Position numbers and translations under genes: made by a program. A stretch of DNA of 64,000 nucleotides, taken from assembly GCA_951406725.2 (NCBI GenBank), contig OX597821.1, positions 107,508,001-107,572,000 on the forward strand. Reading direction: 5' to 3'. Within the stretch, counting starts at the first letter, position 1. The number at the start of each line of letters is the position of its first letter. The notes beneath the pieces were generated by a model. That model made no database searches, was not told where the DNA came from, and worked only from the letters and a program-made list of their open reading frames with translations. The DNA comes from Octopus vulgaris. Its lineage: Eukaryota. Shown piece by piece: positions 1-14,953 of this stretch.

Positions 1-263
1 TCCGGCAGGGATGGTGGTGATCCCTGCTGTACTCTTTCACCACAACTTTCTCTCACTCTTACTTCCTGTTTCTGTTGTACCTGTATTTCAAAGGGCCGGT
101 CTTGTCACTCTCTGTGTCACGCTGAATATCCCCGAGAACTACGTTAAGGGTACACGTGTCTGTGGAGTGCTCGGCCACTTACACGTTAATTTCACGAGCA
201 GGCTGTTCCGTTGATTCGGATCAACCGGAACCCTCGTCGTCGTAACCGACGGAGTGCTTCCAA
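1..263 (+). mobile_element. SINE family A, 3' portion (truncated by window start)
   Basis: Near-identical to the reverse complement of 22368-22630. Confidence 0.85.
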
Positions 264-497
264 TTTAAAGCCCTTCACTGTTATATAGATTTCCTGTGCA
301 ATTTGGCAAGTCATGAGTACATTTGTTAAACCAAAAAATGTAAAGCTTTTATTCCAAATGTATGCTGCAACATCGAATGCAACTTCTAAGGTGTCGATAT
401 TTACTGCATATGGAAGGTAATTTGTCGTCTGATGTATCTGTCTATATGCTTCAGTAATGTATCCAAAAAATATATGAAAAATATGTGGAATTATAAC

Positions 498-715
498 ATG
501 CACTGATTTTGGTTCAGGAATTGGAATTCCTCCTGGACCAGTATATTCTATCTGCTTTTCATCGAGTTTCCAATGTTGGTAGTGCCGGGCTTGGAATTTT
601 CCAGCATTAAACTAGTTGTTATTTTCCTCAGCCCACCTGGATATGGCGTCCAACTCATGTTGTAGATGCACAACGTCTCCTGGGTCCTTCATAACCCCGA
701 AATATTGAATACATT
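498..715 (-). mobile_element. Degenerate CR1-like LINE ORF2 fragment
   Basis: Minus strand reads LQHELDAISRWAEENNN*FNAGKFQ...YTGPGGIPIPEPKSV, the LQxDLDxxxxWAxxNxMxFNxxK motif of CR1/L2 reverse transcriptases. Contains an in-frame stop. Confidence 0.7.
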
Positions 716-776
716 AATCCACATATTTGTTTTCTTGTGATTTACCTTGTTTTGGCCTTACCCACGGTCTTTGGCC

Positions 777-1268
777 TTGTCGGTCGGTTGGTTGGCTGGT
801 TTGTCGGTTGGTTGGTTTGTCGGTTCGTTGGATTGTCGGCTGGTTTGTCGGTCGGTTGGTTGGTTGGTTGGTTGGTTGGTTTGTCGGTCGGTTGGTTGGT
901 TGGTTGGTTGGTTTGTCGGTCGGTTGGTTGGTTGGTTGGCTGGTTTGTCGGTCGGTTGGTTGGTTGGTTGACTGGTTTGTCGGTCGGTTGCTTGATTGGT
1001 CGGCTGGTTTGTCGGTTGGCTGGATTGTCGGTTGGTTTGTCGGTCAGTTGGGTGATTCGTTGGTTTGTCGGTTGCTTGCTTTGTCGGTCGGTTGGCTGGT
1101 TTGTCGGTCGGTTGGCTGGTTTGTCGGTTGGTTGGTTGATTGGTTGTTTGGTTTGTTGGTTGGTTGGTTGGTTTGTCGGTCGTTTGGTTGGTCGGTTGGC
1201 TGGTTTGTCGGTAGGTCAGTTGGTTGGTTGGTTGATTTGTCGGTTGGTTGGATTGTCGGCTGGTTTGT
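777..1268. repeat. Degenerate (GGTT)n / GGTTTGTCGGTC minisatellite
   Basis: Directly visible. Followed by a SINE family B tail at about 1265-1340. Confidence 0.9.
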
Positions 1269-1416
1269 TCGACTAAAGGTGGTACTCCAGCATGGCCGCA
1301 GTCAAATGAAACAAATAAAGGAAATAAGAATAAAAGAATATACATATATATATATATCTGTGAATATATGTCTGTAGAGGGAGAAAGGTGGACAATAGAG
1401 ATTGATGGATATTTCT

Positions 1417-1447
<31 letters not shown>

Positions 1448-1640
1448 GCTACACACACACGTATACATGTACACATGTATGCGTGTGTGTGCCTGTGCGT
1501 GTGTATGTGTGTGTGGTGTGTGTATGTATGTATATATTAATGTAATTACTTGCTACAAGGTGAGTTCTTATGTGACGTCAGAAAGAATTTTGCGAGCTGC
1601 GTTTAAAGAAACATTCCCTGAGTATTATTAACATTGTATA

Positions 1641-1875
1641 AGGCGGCGAGCTGACAGAAACGTTGGCACATCGGACGAAATGCGTAGCCGTATTTCGTCT
1701 GCCGTTACGTTCTGAGTTCAAATTCCGCCGAGGTCGACTTTGCCTTTCATCACTTTTGGGATCGATAAATGAAGTACCAGTTACGCACTGGGGTCGATGT
1801 AATCGACTTAATTCCTTTGTCTGTCGTTTGTTTGTTTCCTCTTTGTTTAGCCCCTTGTGGGCAATAAAGAAATAA
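1641..1875 (+). mobile_element. SINE family C (central GCCTTTCATCCTTTCGGGGTCGATAAA block, Meta-domain-like)
   Basis: Head GGCGGCGAGCTG...GAGTTCAAATTCC. Related copies at about 2490-2722, 22790-23183, 32053-32281, 53603-54016, 55225-55590 and 60224-60634. Confidence 0.8.
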
Positions 1876-3385
1876 AAAACGTTAGTACGCCGGGCGAAAT
1901 GTGGCGTCCTATACAGAACAGTGCTACTGACGTTTATAGTCCCTGGAAGACATCTCTTCCTTATATGTCGCTCAGAGATTTAATATAGAAATATATATTA
2001 ATAATTCATATTTCATGTTTGTATTTCGTTCGCAAGATTTTTGCTTTTTATTGGTATATATATATTCTGCTGTGTGGTGAGGACGGCCATTACGTCAATA
2101 ACAAACACTAGTAGTGTTTCTAATTCACTGTTTGTGTGTTAGTCAATTGGTTAACCATTGAGCCAAGGTTCTAGCTGATTGTTTGTTTAATTCTTTAGAC
2201 TGTCGACCAATCGTTTACGGTTATCGAAATCTTTTCATTACCGTTCGTGACGTCATCAGTCACATCGCCTCTCTACTCCACGTCTGCCTCTCTCTGTATA
2301 TATATATGAGTGCGCTTGTGTGTGTATGCATGTGTGTATGTACGCATGTATGTATATGGGTGTGTGTGTATAGACGCATATGGGTACGTATGTATGTGTA
2401 CCTAATTGTATATGAATTCATAGAAGCATAAATATAGGTAAATATATGTGTGTCTGTGTGTGCGCGCCAGTGTATGTGTGTTTATACATATTTCTTTATT
2501 ACCCACAAGGGGCTAAACACAGAGGAGACAAACAAGGACAGACAAACGGATTAAGTCGATTAGATCGTACCCCAGTGCGTAACTGGTACTTAATTTATCG
2601 ACCCCGAAAGGATGAAAGGCAAAGTCGACCTCGGCGGAATTCGAACTCAGAACGTAACGGCAGACGAATTACGGCTACGCATTTCGCCCGGCGTGCTAAC
2701 GGTTCTGCCAGCTCACCGCCTTTATGTGTGTTTATACATGCATGTATGTATGCATGTATGTATATGCGTGTTTATGTATATATGTGGGTACGCATGTATG
2801 TGTATCTAATTATGTAAGTATACATACAAGCATAAATAAAAGGTAAATATGTGTGTGTGCGCATGCGTGTGCGTGCACAAACGCAGCCATGAAAATATCA
2901 AAATGGGGGACAAAGACCAGCGGAATTTACAATTATTACTTTAACGCTCACTGAAAGAGAAACAGAATTACCAACAACGAAGAAGGATTCTTGGAGTATA
3001 GGAAACTCGCGGAAATTAAGTTTCATAGGATCATCAAAATGGTCAAATGCGATTTTATGTAATGATAACAATGGTTATAAAACGCAGGCGATATTTAATC
3101 CGCATAATATAATTATATCATAGAATATTTAGTGCTTACTACCAACTGACTTTCTGGTTCTCTGAAGTTCATTGACTTTATACTTGAAATATATTATCGA
3201 TCTTTCCCTTTCGATTAATCAAGCTCATTGGTTCTTATGTAAGCAACACATTTTTGTTTTAATGGTCGTCCCCGTCACTTCAATCTCCGCGTTATAGACA
3301 CACATACACGGTTAACCCTTCGCACACATACCCATTGCATATGTGTGTGTGACTGTGTGTGTGCACGCGTGTGTCTGTCTGTATG

Positions 3386-3446
<61 letters not shown>

Positions 3447-3468
3447 AAATATATATATATGCATGTGC

Positions 3469-3534
<66 letters not shown>

Positions 3535-3741
3535 ATATGTCTGTACTCACACACACACAAATTCCACTTACAAGGCTTTGGTCGTCTCGAAGCTATAGTA
3601 GAAGACATTTGCCGAAGTGCCACGCAGTGGGACTGAATCCGGAATGATGTGGTTGGGAAGCATAGAGTATATGTATTTATTTATAGCATATATATATATA
3701 TATGGATATACGTACATACACACACACATGCACGCACAAAT

Positions 3742-3772
<31 letters not shown>

Positions 3773-4159
3773 ATACCATCTTGGTAATAACCTTTTACTG
3801 TCATTACTTTATTTTGTATTTTTATGGCATATGTCTATTAGAATCTGTAAGTTGCTCTGTATAAGGAGAATACTAAGGATGTAATAGGATATAAAACGAA
3901 AAGATAAAGAACGTTATAACGTAGTGCTATCAAAGCCACTCACCTGATGACGTGCAGTTACTCCTAGATCATATTTGTTCACATAATATTTCATGTAATA
4001 TGGAAAACTCAGCAGTTAACAAGTGTTACCAATGCACGGAAACAATTGTGATTTGTGACTAGAGCCTGTTCATTTCATTGTTTGCTTTATTAGTTTATAT
4101 AAATATATATTATAGTTTATATAAATATGACCAAGTGAGGTGTATGTTTACGCATAAAC

Positions 4160-5663
4160 CCCCTTGAGGTCTACAAACTTCTTTCATGGATACTGCAGTG
4201 CTTGGATCCCATTGGTGAAAGACCTTTCATCCTCTTCATAAAAAAGGTCATCAACACCAGATATAATGTCATCGTTACAGCGATATTGGTTCCCAGCTAA
4301 TTTTTTTTCCTGTTGGGGAGCTGATGATAAGGAGATGAAGCCAAATCAGGAGAATAAGAAGGGTGATCAACCAGTTCAAAATTACAGTCGCACACATCAA
4401 CCGTTGGAACCAAAGACTTGTGTACTGAAGCATTGTCCCGATGAAACAAGTCTCCTTTCGTCAGTTTTCCTGGACGTTTAGTTTTCATTGTTGTTTGTTC
4501 CTTCTCGAGCCACGCCTAGCTTGTAGGGCCGGTTTCCTTGGCGTATAGGTTCCCCACCTGGACGGGACGCCGGTCCGTCGCAGGTGAGCTGCTAGATGCA
4601 GGAGCAAAGAGTGAGAGAAATCTGTGGCGAAAGAGTCAACAGAAGTTCGCCATTACCTTCTGCCGGAGCCGCGTGGAGCTTAGGTGTTTCGCTCATAAAT
4701 ACACAAATCGCTCGGTCTGAGTTTGAACCTGCAATCCCTCAACCGCGAGTCCGCTGCTCTAACCACTAGGCCATGTGCCTCCACTTTAGTTTTGATAGCA
4801 TTTTGTAATTGCCTCAGCAAGTTCACTTAATACTTTCCACAGATGGCGTGACCGTTTTGAAGATAGTCAGTAATCAATGCCTTTTGCAACCCCCGAAAAA
4901 CTGAGGCCATCACCTTCACTGCAGATGAAAGGATCTTGGCCTTCTTTGGGGCAGGTGAGGAGGGGTGCTTCTACTGCATGGACTGTCTCTTTGATTCTGG
5001 TTCAGAGTGATGAACCCAACACTGTTCTTGGCTTAGGAAAGATTCAAGGGAACTATCTAGATCTGCCTCAAACAATGTCAGATTTTCCAGTGACATGATC
5101 ATTCCGTTACGCTTTTGATCAGGTGTCTCAATACGTGGCACCCACCGAGCAGAAACGTTCGTTGTGCCAAAGTTATGATCAGAATATTCTCAACTCTTTC
5201 ATGAGATATACTAATTGCATTGGCTCCTTGATTTCAAGCCAACAGCCAGTCATCTATCACACGATCAATAATTTTCTCGGTGGTGGCAGTTGCAGGACAT
5301 CCAGAACTTGAATTATTTTGGAAGACCCTCTCTTCTCTTCCTAAATTCAGCTGACAACTTTTGCACTGTTGATAAAGCTGGTGCATCATCCCTTAATGTA
5401 ACAACCATATCAGTATGAATATCCTTGGCGGGTGGGGGCTAAACCCTTTTTCTACATGTAATTGTTAACACCGCGATACCAAATTTTGTCCATTCTCAAG
5501 ACAAATCGCTACTAGTTACATATGAAATCTTTGAACAGTCAAATGTCAGTTTACCTGGAAATAAACAATGCAGTTATTAATGAATAAGAGATGAAATTAA
5601 TGCAAAATTTCACGGCCCTAGCTTCAAAGTCAGCCTTTGAACTTTGCAGCCCACTCTCGTGTA
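4160..5663 (-). mobile_element. Degenerate mariner (Tc1/mariner) transposon, interrupted by a SINE
   Basis: Minus-strand remnants KKAK..SSAVKVMASVF, HRDNASVH and HPSYSPDLASS match the mariner HDNAxPH and HPPYSPDLAPSD motifs. TIR-like TACACGAGAGTGGGCTGCAAAGTTC at the right end. Confidence 0.8.
4486..4784 (-). mobile_element. tRNA-derived SINE (family A head, alternative tail) with 9-bp TSD
   Basis: A-box TGGCCTAGTGG and B-box GGTTCAAACTC on the minus strand. Flanked by TTTAGTTTT at 4477-4485 and 4785-4793. Removing it restores the transposase reading IKTK|RPGKLTKG. Confidence 0.85.
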
Positions 5664-5786
5664 TATATGTGTGTGTGTGTGTGCTTGTAAGCGTGTATGC
5701 ATGTATGTATGCATATACAGTGTATATATTACACACATATACTAAAAAATGCACTCATTTAATCACATTTCGTGGAATTATGATTC

Positions 5787-7220
<1,434 letters not shown>

Positions 7221-7231
7221 TTATTATTATT

Positions 7232-7489
7232 CAGTAGTTTTATTTTTATAGCGTGCTTTCACTTCACTACCGAGCGCAGCTCTGTGTGCCTTGGGTATGT
7301 GTTGTGATTTGTTGTGATGCTCTGATGGTTATTGTATGGAAAGTGTTCTGCGTAGGATGTGTGCAGTGCCTAGTAGTGCAATTTTCTGTATGTTATATGT
7401 GTTTGTAAGTCCTGGTGTTTTTGTTATGTATTTGTCTGAATATTTTTTTATCATGCCTAATGCACCTACTATGATAGGGATTGTTTCTG

Positions 7490-7490
<1 letters not shown>
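7232..7490 (-). mobile_element. Second, shorter 3' copy of the same R4/Dong element
   Basis: Near-identical to 6067-6325 and flanked on both sides by (TTA)n. Confidence 0.9.
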
Positions 7491-7543
<53 letters not shown>

Positions 7544-7974
7544 GCTGTTGTTGTTGTTGTTGTTGTTGTTGTTGTGGCACTTTACGTACATCTTTATCCA
7601 CTCCTCAACCAATCTAGATCCATCTTGCTCAGGCAACGAGTTATATCATATCAAATATTCCGCAACGATTTGATTAAAAGGAAAAGGCTATATTTGCTGT
7701 GTCAAATTAACTGAGTTAGAACGAACGATTACGTTACAGAAAGAATAGAAGAAAGTTTATGCGATAAAAACGACGGACATCATAATGACCACACGTAGCA
7801 GCCTGGATGCCGCGAGTTGCTCATGGCTGATCTAGGATGAGACATGCAATAGATTATCATGATTAGTGGTCTTTTGCAGGGAGTCTACAAATAATTATTA
7901 TAAAAAAAAATTTTATAATAGATTTTGTTTGTTTTACATCATATCTCCTACAAGTTCCAACAACAGAATTTCCT

Positions 7975-8013
<39 letters not shown>

Positions 8014-9075
8014 TCTTTCCCTCTTTCTCTCACATTCACAGGACACATACTGTACATATACACACGTCCATTGATATTTCGTTTCACTTCATCGTTGTTT
8101 TAGTCCATTCATTTAGAGAATAACTTACCGAAATGGCTTCATACCACGCATAGCATTCTGTTCTGTTTATAGCTGAGAATTACAATGAACGCTGGTCAAT
8201 GCCGTCAGATCGTATATCCATTAAGTTCCACGAAAATATGTACAATTACCACCGACATATGCATGTAAGTCTCGTGGCGTCTCGCATTAAAATATGGCGT
8301 TTATTATTACTATATTTAACAACCGATATACGTACAAGATAATACGCTTGCCGCTTCACTTTGCGTCCGACCAATTTTGATATATTAACAAAATGGCGGC
8401 CAACATCTTTCATTAGACACCAAAAGAAAATTAATATGTGTCCATGCGTGTGTGTGCATGCGTATATGTGTGTGTATGTGAGAAAGAGAGAGAGAGAGCG
8501 TTTTTATATGAGTATGTGTATGAGTTTTCGTGTGAGTTTAACTGTCAGATGTTATTTATGTGCTGAATAAGCTGTTTTAGGAATTTCTTTCTATGGCTTC
8601 CTTGATTAATCACTTATCGCTGTTTTCCTTGTTGTTTCTTTGATTTCAATACGAATAAAATAGTGGTAGTACAATGGCGTTAACGAATGCAATACAAGTA
8701 TTATTTTGGAAAATGCATGAATGCCACAGATTTCCAGTTTTCTTCCACCTTAGAAAATTACTATTTTTAAATCTCTCAACGTGAGATATTCAGCAAAAGT
8801 ACTTTGTAGTAAAGATTGTTTGCCAACATAACATACCTTTTACCATTTTCCTGCTACAGACTGCAGACAGGCTGGGATTCCACTTCGAAGAATTTTGTCG
8901 CAAAAAATGAACCCCAGTTTTTATTTATTTTAAGTGGGGTACTTATTTTGTCGTTCTCTTTTGTCGAACTGCTATATTAAGGAGGCGTTGATGAACCAAC
9001 AGTGATTAAGAGAGAATGGGACAAACACATTGATACATACACACAAACACACACTAGCGGATATATATATATATA

Positions 9076-9347
9076 TCACCTTGACCACCTTGACCGACCA
9101 GTCTGTGGGGCGTCCATTTGACACCGCTGGTCACAGCACGCTGTCCACTCCTCTCTGGATCGCGCCTTTCTCATCACGTGATCCCAATCGTCCTCCTGAA
9201 ATCGTAACTCCACCATCGTAGAGGCCTTCCGGTATGTCGTTTCCGCTCGTGCGGGTACCACTCTAGAACTGCCAGTCGATGCCTCTAATGATCTGCTCCA
9301 GACATGCGGTGAAAAGTTTGGGGGAGATCGTATCTCCTTGCTTCACT

Positions 9348-9350
<3 letters not shown>
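9076..9350 (-). mobile_element. Internally deleted RTE-clade LINE fragment
   Basis: GVKQGDTISPKLFTACLE (RT core) joined directly to the C-terminal VLEWYPHERKRHTGRP...REEW. Tail repeat GGTCAAGGT. Confidence 0.8.
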
Positions 9351-9390
<40 letters not shown>

Positions 9391-9393
<3 letters not shown>

Positions 9394-10665
9394 ACAATTG
9401 AGGGTAAAATTAATTAGTTATTAATCAATTTCACCAAGTATTCAGTATGTAAAAGGACCATTTAAGGCGAATTCAAAATATTACATTATATAATTAGGGC
9501 TTAGTAAAATAAATTACTTTGCCACATACTGAACTTGCTAGAAATAGCAGCCAAAAAAAATTTTTTTGCCATTTCCACTACTTAAAGAAAATTTCTCTCA
9601 GATAATGTTTACTCAAAATAACTCACGAAGGTATGGAGGTAAAAACAGAAAAATATCACAAGTACAAAGATTATTTGAGAACGTTAACGTTTCTAGATTA
9701 GCCAAATAAACTCAGCATTTCTTTCGTCAGCTCAACATTTCTTATTTTGGATTTGGAAGCACTAAAAAGAAAGAACATACCCTTTGGCGACTTATCACCT
9801 TAGATGACCCGTTCAGACTGCCAGTACTAACAAATTCAAAATGTGCAAGCGAAGATTCCCTGCTCTCCCTTTCCACCCACGTGGGTTATCTAGCAAACAT
9901 TATATTTTAACGGTGAGAACCGAGGCAATATGACAGAGAGAAATGAATTATAATATCAACAATTGAGGGTAAAATTAATTAGTTATTAATCTAGCAAACA
10001 TTATATTTTAACGGTGAGAACCGTTAAAAACTTGCTGCTATTTCTAGCAAGTTCAGTATGTGGCAAAGTAATTTATTTTACTAAGCCCTAATTATATAAT
10101 GTAATATTTTGAATTCGCCTTAAATGGTCCTTTTACATACTGAATACTTGGTGAAATTGATTAATAACTAATTAATTTTACCCTCAATTGTTGATATTAT
10201 AATTCATTTCTCTCTGTCATATTGCCTCGGTTCTCACCGTTAAAATATAATGTTTGCTAGATAACCCACGTGGGTGGAAGGGGAGAGCAGGGAATCTTCG
10301 CTTGCACATTTTGAATTTGTTGGTACTGGCAGTCTGAACGGGTCATCTGAGGTGATAAGTCGCCAAAGGGTATGTTCTTTCTTTTTAGTGCTTCCAAATC
10401 CAAAATAAGAAATGTTGAGCTGACGAAAGAAATGCTGAGTTTATTTGGCTAATCTAGAAACGTTAACGTTCTCAAATAATCTTTGTACTTGTGATATTTT
10501 TCTGTTTTTACCTCCATACCTTCGTGAGTTATTTTGAGTAAACATTATCTGAGAGAAATTTTCTTTAAGTAGTGGAAATGGCAAAAAAATTTTTTTGGCT
10601 GCTATTTCTAGCAAGTTCAGTATGTGGCAAAGTAATTTATTTTACTAAGCCCTAATTATATAATG

Positions 10666-10668
<3 letters not shown>
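9391..10668. mobile_element. 565-bp hammerhead-bearing unit in tandem plus inverted arrangement (Penelope-like LTR or retrozyme-like)
   Basis: Unit restarts at 9956 (period 565). 9482-9991 is an inverted repeat of 10159-10668. Flanked by (TA)n on both sides. Confidence 0.8.
10415..10475 (+). ncRNA. Type I hammerhead ribozyme motif (mirror copy 9675-9735 on minus strand)
   Basis: UUGAG-CUGACGA-[stem II]-GAA-ACGUUAACGU-U-CUCAA: 5-bp stem I, palindromic stem III, GUU site. Stem II is imperfect. Confidence 0.7.
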
Positions 10669-10754
<86 letters not shown>

Positions 10755-10773
10755 GTATATATATGTATATATG

Positions 10774-10856
<83 letters not shown>

Positions 10857-10887
10857 GTATTCTTCAGGGCCGTCATCTCTGAAGAAT

Positions 10888-10997
<110 letters not shown>

Positions 10998-11030
10998 ATA
11001 TATATATATATATATGTACACATATATATG

Positions 11031-11125
<95 letters not shown>

Positions 11126-11363
11126 GTATGTATTCTTCAGGAGGTGACGGCCCTGAAGAATACAGATATATATATATATATACATACATAGATATATATA
11201 CATACATAGATATATATACATATAGGTATATATACACATATACATATATATATATGTGTATATGTATATATATATATATATGCATATATATATATGTGTG
11301 TGTTTTTGTGTGTATGTATATATATATGTATGTGTATATATATATATATACATATATATATAC

Positions 11364-11423
<60 letters not shown>

Positions 11424-11426
<3 letters not shown>

Positions 11427-12180
11427 GAACCTGGGTATCGACATGAGTGATGATACCTCTTTCCAAGTGCACATTACCAGGATTGCGACAAAGTGCAGAC
11501 GACTGGCTGGGTGGATCCTAAGAACATTCAGAACCAGAGATAAGGAAACCATGATGGTCCTCTGGCGGACATTCGTTCTCAGCCGCCTGGATTACTGCTC
11601 ACAGCTATGGTCACCCACCAGTGTAAAATTAACAGCGGACCTTGAAACAATCCAGAGAAGATTCACAAAGAAGATCGTCTCTTTGCAACAACTCAGCTAC
11701 TGGGAAAGGTTGAAACAGCTAAGACTCTACCCCCTGGAGAGAAGACGGGAGAGGTATGCAGTAATATATGTTTGGAAGATCCTGGAAGGAATTGTGCCAA
11801 ATTTTGGCATTGTAAGCTACACCAATGCTAGAACGGGACGACACTGCATAGTGCCAAAGATCCCAGCAATGCCATCACACTTCAGGACCTGCTTCTTCAA
11901 CAGCCTGGGTTTCAAGGGCCCACAGCTTTTTAATATTCTCCCAAAGAGTCTGAGGAACTTGCACAAAGTAGATGTAGCGGTTTTTAAATCAAAGCTGGAC
12001 ATCTTCCTGTCAAGAGTCCCAGATGAACCCACCTCACGGCAAGAGGTGCAAATGAGAGTAGCTATATCAAACTCCATTCTTCACCAAGTGCCACATATTA
12101 GACGAGGTTCGTCGTAATAACAGTGTAGCACAAAACGGCGGTGCATCAGCATGGCCGCAGCTCTGAGCTAAATCTAGAAA

Positions 12181-12181
<1 letters not shown>
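11424..12181 (+). mobile_element. 5'-truncated CR1-like LINE (ORF2 C-terminus plus 3' UTR)
   Basis: About 230 uninterrupted codons: [15 protein letters not shown]...WILRTF...[10 protein letters not shown]...[10 protein letters not shown]...[21 protein letters not shown]. Stop at 12117. Confidence 0.92.
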
Positions 12182-12220
<39 letters not shown>

Positions 12221-12459
12221 TTATATATATATATACATATACATATACATATATTCCTATATGACCATGGCATTCATCTTTTGTTCGTTCTAGTGTTATA
12301 ACGGCGTGCCTCATGAATTCTCGTTTTCGTGGTTTGGGTTTTAACTGGCGTTTTTAGCATGTCAATGGTCTCCTCTTTGTATATAAAAATATTCTATGCA
12401 CTTTTATACTACATGTATATATATATATACATATATAATATATAATATATATATATGTG

Positions 12460-12529
<70 letters not shown>

Positions 12530-12780
12530 GTTGAAATTTATAGAAAAACAAAAGACGAAGGAAGGTGTATGAACACAAACAGGTGTATTAGTTTGACGCT
12601 CGGGAGAATGAAAAAAACCTTCTACGTTTGGAACCTACGTTTGGAACCTTCAACAGAAAGGAATGAGAAAATAAACAGAGACAATGAAAAACTGAATATA
12701 CTTGATAATATACTTATATTATATATGTATATATACATATACATATATAAATATATATATACATATAAATATTTACATAT

Positions 12781-12846
<66 letters not shown>

Positions 12847-14019
12847 TTATATATATTTATACACTTATATATATTTTTTTCTACAGCTGAATAAACTGGA
12901 GCAACATACATATATATATATATATACATGCATACATACATATTGACCCGTATTATTTTTTCCTATAACCTTACAGTTAAGCCGTCTAACATTTTGCATC
13001 ATCAGCTCCCAGCTCTCTTAACGTCACATTTTTTTTCCTTTTCATGTTTGTTGTACATTTTCATATATTCAGTAGTTTTCCTTTTATTTGAATCCATTTT
13101 AATTAAAACTTTTATTACTTTATGTTTTTATCTAACAAATCAACAACTTGAAATGTTATCCCACCGTTACTTAAGCACGAAATCAAAAGAAGAAAACTTT
13201 TTGCTTTTTTTTTTTAACATCTAATTTAAAATCGCTTCATATATTCTACGGTCGCTTGGTTCTTGTCGGAACTTATTACTAGAGGATTAGTTTAAAGGAT
13301 TAAAAAGATATATTACAATCAAGACTACCAAGATGAAACTAAGGAATAATGTTGTTTTGGAGATTAAAAGTTGTATTTTATCGCTCTTAACATCAAATCA
13401 ACTTTGATCAAGCAAGCCCATGATCAAATGCGTTCGAATTGTGACATCCCAAACGTTTTTCTACAATGTAAGAATTTTTAATGTTTTTCAGCATTTTTAG
13501 GAGGGCAATCCGTAGCATAGACAGACGGCGGCGATAAGGGTGGCACTTTTGGATCTGTTGCAAATATCCAGGTCAGGTTTTGAATTCAAGTATTCCATTC
13601 TTCCTCTTTGCCTCCCTCCCTCACTCTCTCCTTCCCTTCCAATTGTCTTCATGAAACGTTGTGTTAACAACAAACAAGATGAGGGCAAATATCCGTCAAA
13701 ATAATGTAAATAATTTTCATCTTTCTTTACGTTTTTGTTTCCTCCAGATATGAGCAAAAACAAAAAGCCTGCCATGCTCAGAATCTAAGAACGCACCTTT
13801 AATGTAGGTCTGAAGAAGTGTCTAAAACCGCAAATATTACGTAAATGTTTACTTGGAACTTTAGCGCGAACTAGCGTTGAAAGCAGAGATGGCACAGAAA
13901 TAATTCTAACTGATCATTAAGGAATTCCTAAAGTCTTTGGCTTCTTATTCGAATCATGCATGTGTGCGTAGGTTATTTATATACTACTTATATAAAAATA
14001 TTTCATATTTGTTTTCCAG

Positions 14020-14141
14020 GGTGTGGCATTTTTTTCCTTTACATGGACAATGGGAGAAGTCTTATGCAAAGCTGTTCACTATTTGCAGAATGTGTCCATG
14101 CTTTGTTCCGTTTTCACATTAACGGTCATCAGCATAGAGAG
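14020..14141 (+). CDS. Class A neuropeptide GPCR, internal exon (ECL1-TM3)
   Basis: ttttccag|GGT...GAG AG|gtaagg. Translates GVAFFSFTWTMGEVLCKAVHYLQNVSMLCSVFTLTVISIE(R), with the WxxGxxxCK motif and the SxxTLxxISIER end of TM3. 122 nt, ends phase 2. Confidence 0.93.
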
Positions 14142-14915
14142 GTAAGGACCATTTTCTGAATGCGTTGCTGCTGTGTCATTCTATGTCATTCCATGTCACT
14201 CCATGTTATTCCATGTTATTCCGTGTCATTTCATGCAGAATGCTAATTTTTAAATTCCTTCGATGGAAAACTCGATGTCGTTTTTTTTTCATAAAAGAAC
14301 TCAGACTTTTATACACTGTTATTTATAGCTTTATCTACTTCGAGTTCCACCGTTAAACAGTTCTTTAATTCACATCATGCAAAAATTCAAAAGTAAAAAT
14401 CTTTCATTTCTCGCTGGTAATAAAAAAAACTTCTAAAATTGATGAATACAAAGTACTAACGCGCGCACACTCAAACAGATACAAATGTGTGTGTAAGTGC
14501 ATGTGTGCGTGATTGCGTACATGTGTGTATTATGTGTGTGTGTGTGTGTGTGTGGCGCGCACTTAATTCCTTTCCGAGATAAACATAAACCTCTTTTTAA
14601 TGACTCCGATGACGTTATAGGATGTTGCACGATCACGTAGGGCTGAGGTCATGGTTTTTATTTTCTATTAGAAAAAAAATTATAACTTATTGAACGTGAC
14701 TACGTGATTCCTGTTCTCTTGCCATTCATTAATTAAGATTACACTCTTTAATCTCTACCCTAATGCCTGTGTATGTTGAGTTCTATCAAATGGTTCTTAG
14801 TATCGCTTGCCTGAGCGAAATCATATAATATATCGATATATATATATAACTATAAAATATATATATATATATTCATAACGACAGGTATACGTTCACACAT
14901 ACGTACATACATACT

Positions 14916-14953
<38 letters not shown>

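Noticed and set aside
192-503. 103-aa minus-strand ORF
   Set aside because: No recognisable motif or splice context, and it runs into a SINE.
727-1377. 216-aa Trp/Gly/Val-rich ORF
   Set aside because: Product of the (GGTT)n minisatellite.
8173-8264. Possible exon bounded by tttatag and gtaagt
   Set aside because: Open in two frames, but it has no TM1/TM2 motifs and no supporting homology. It may be cryptic.
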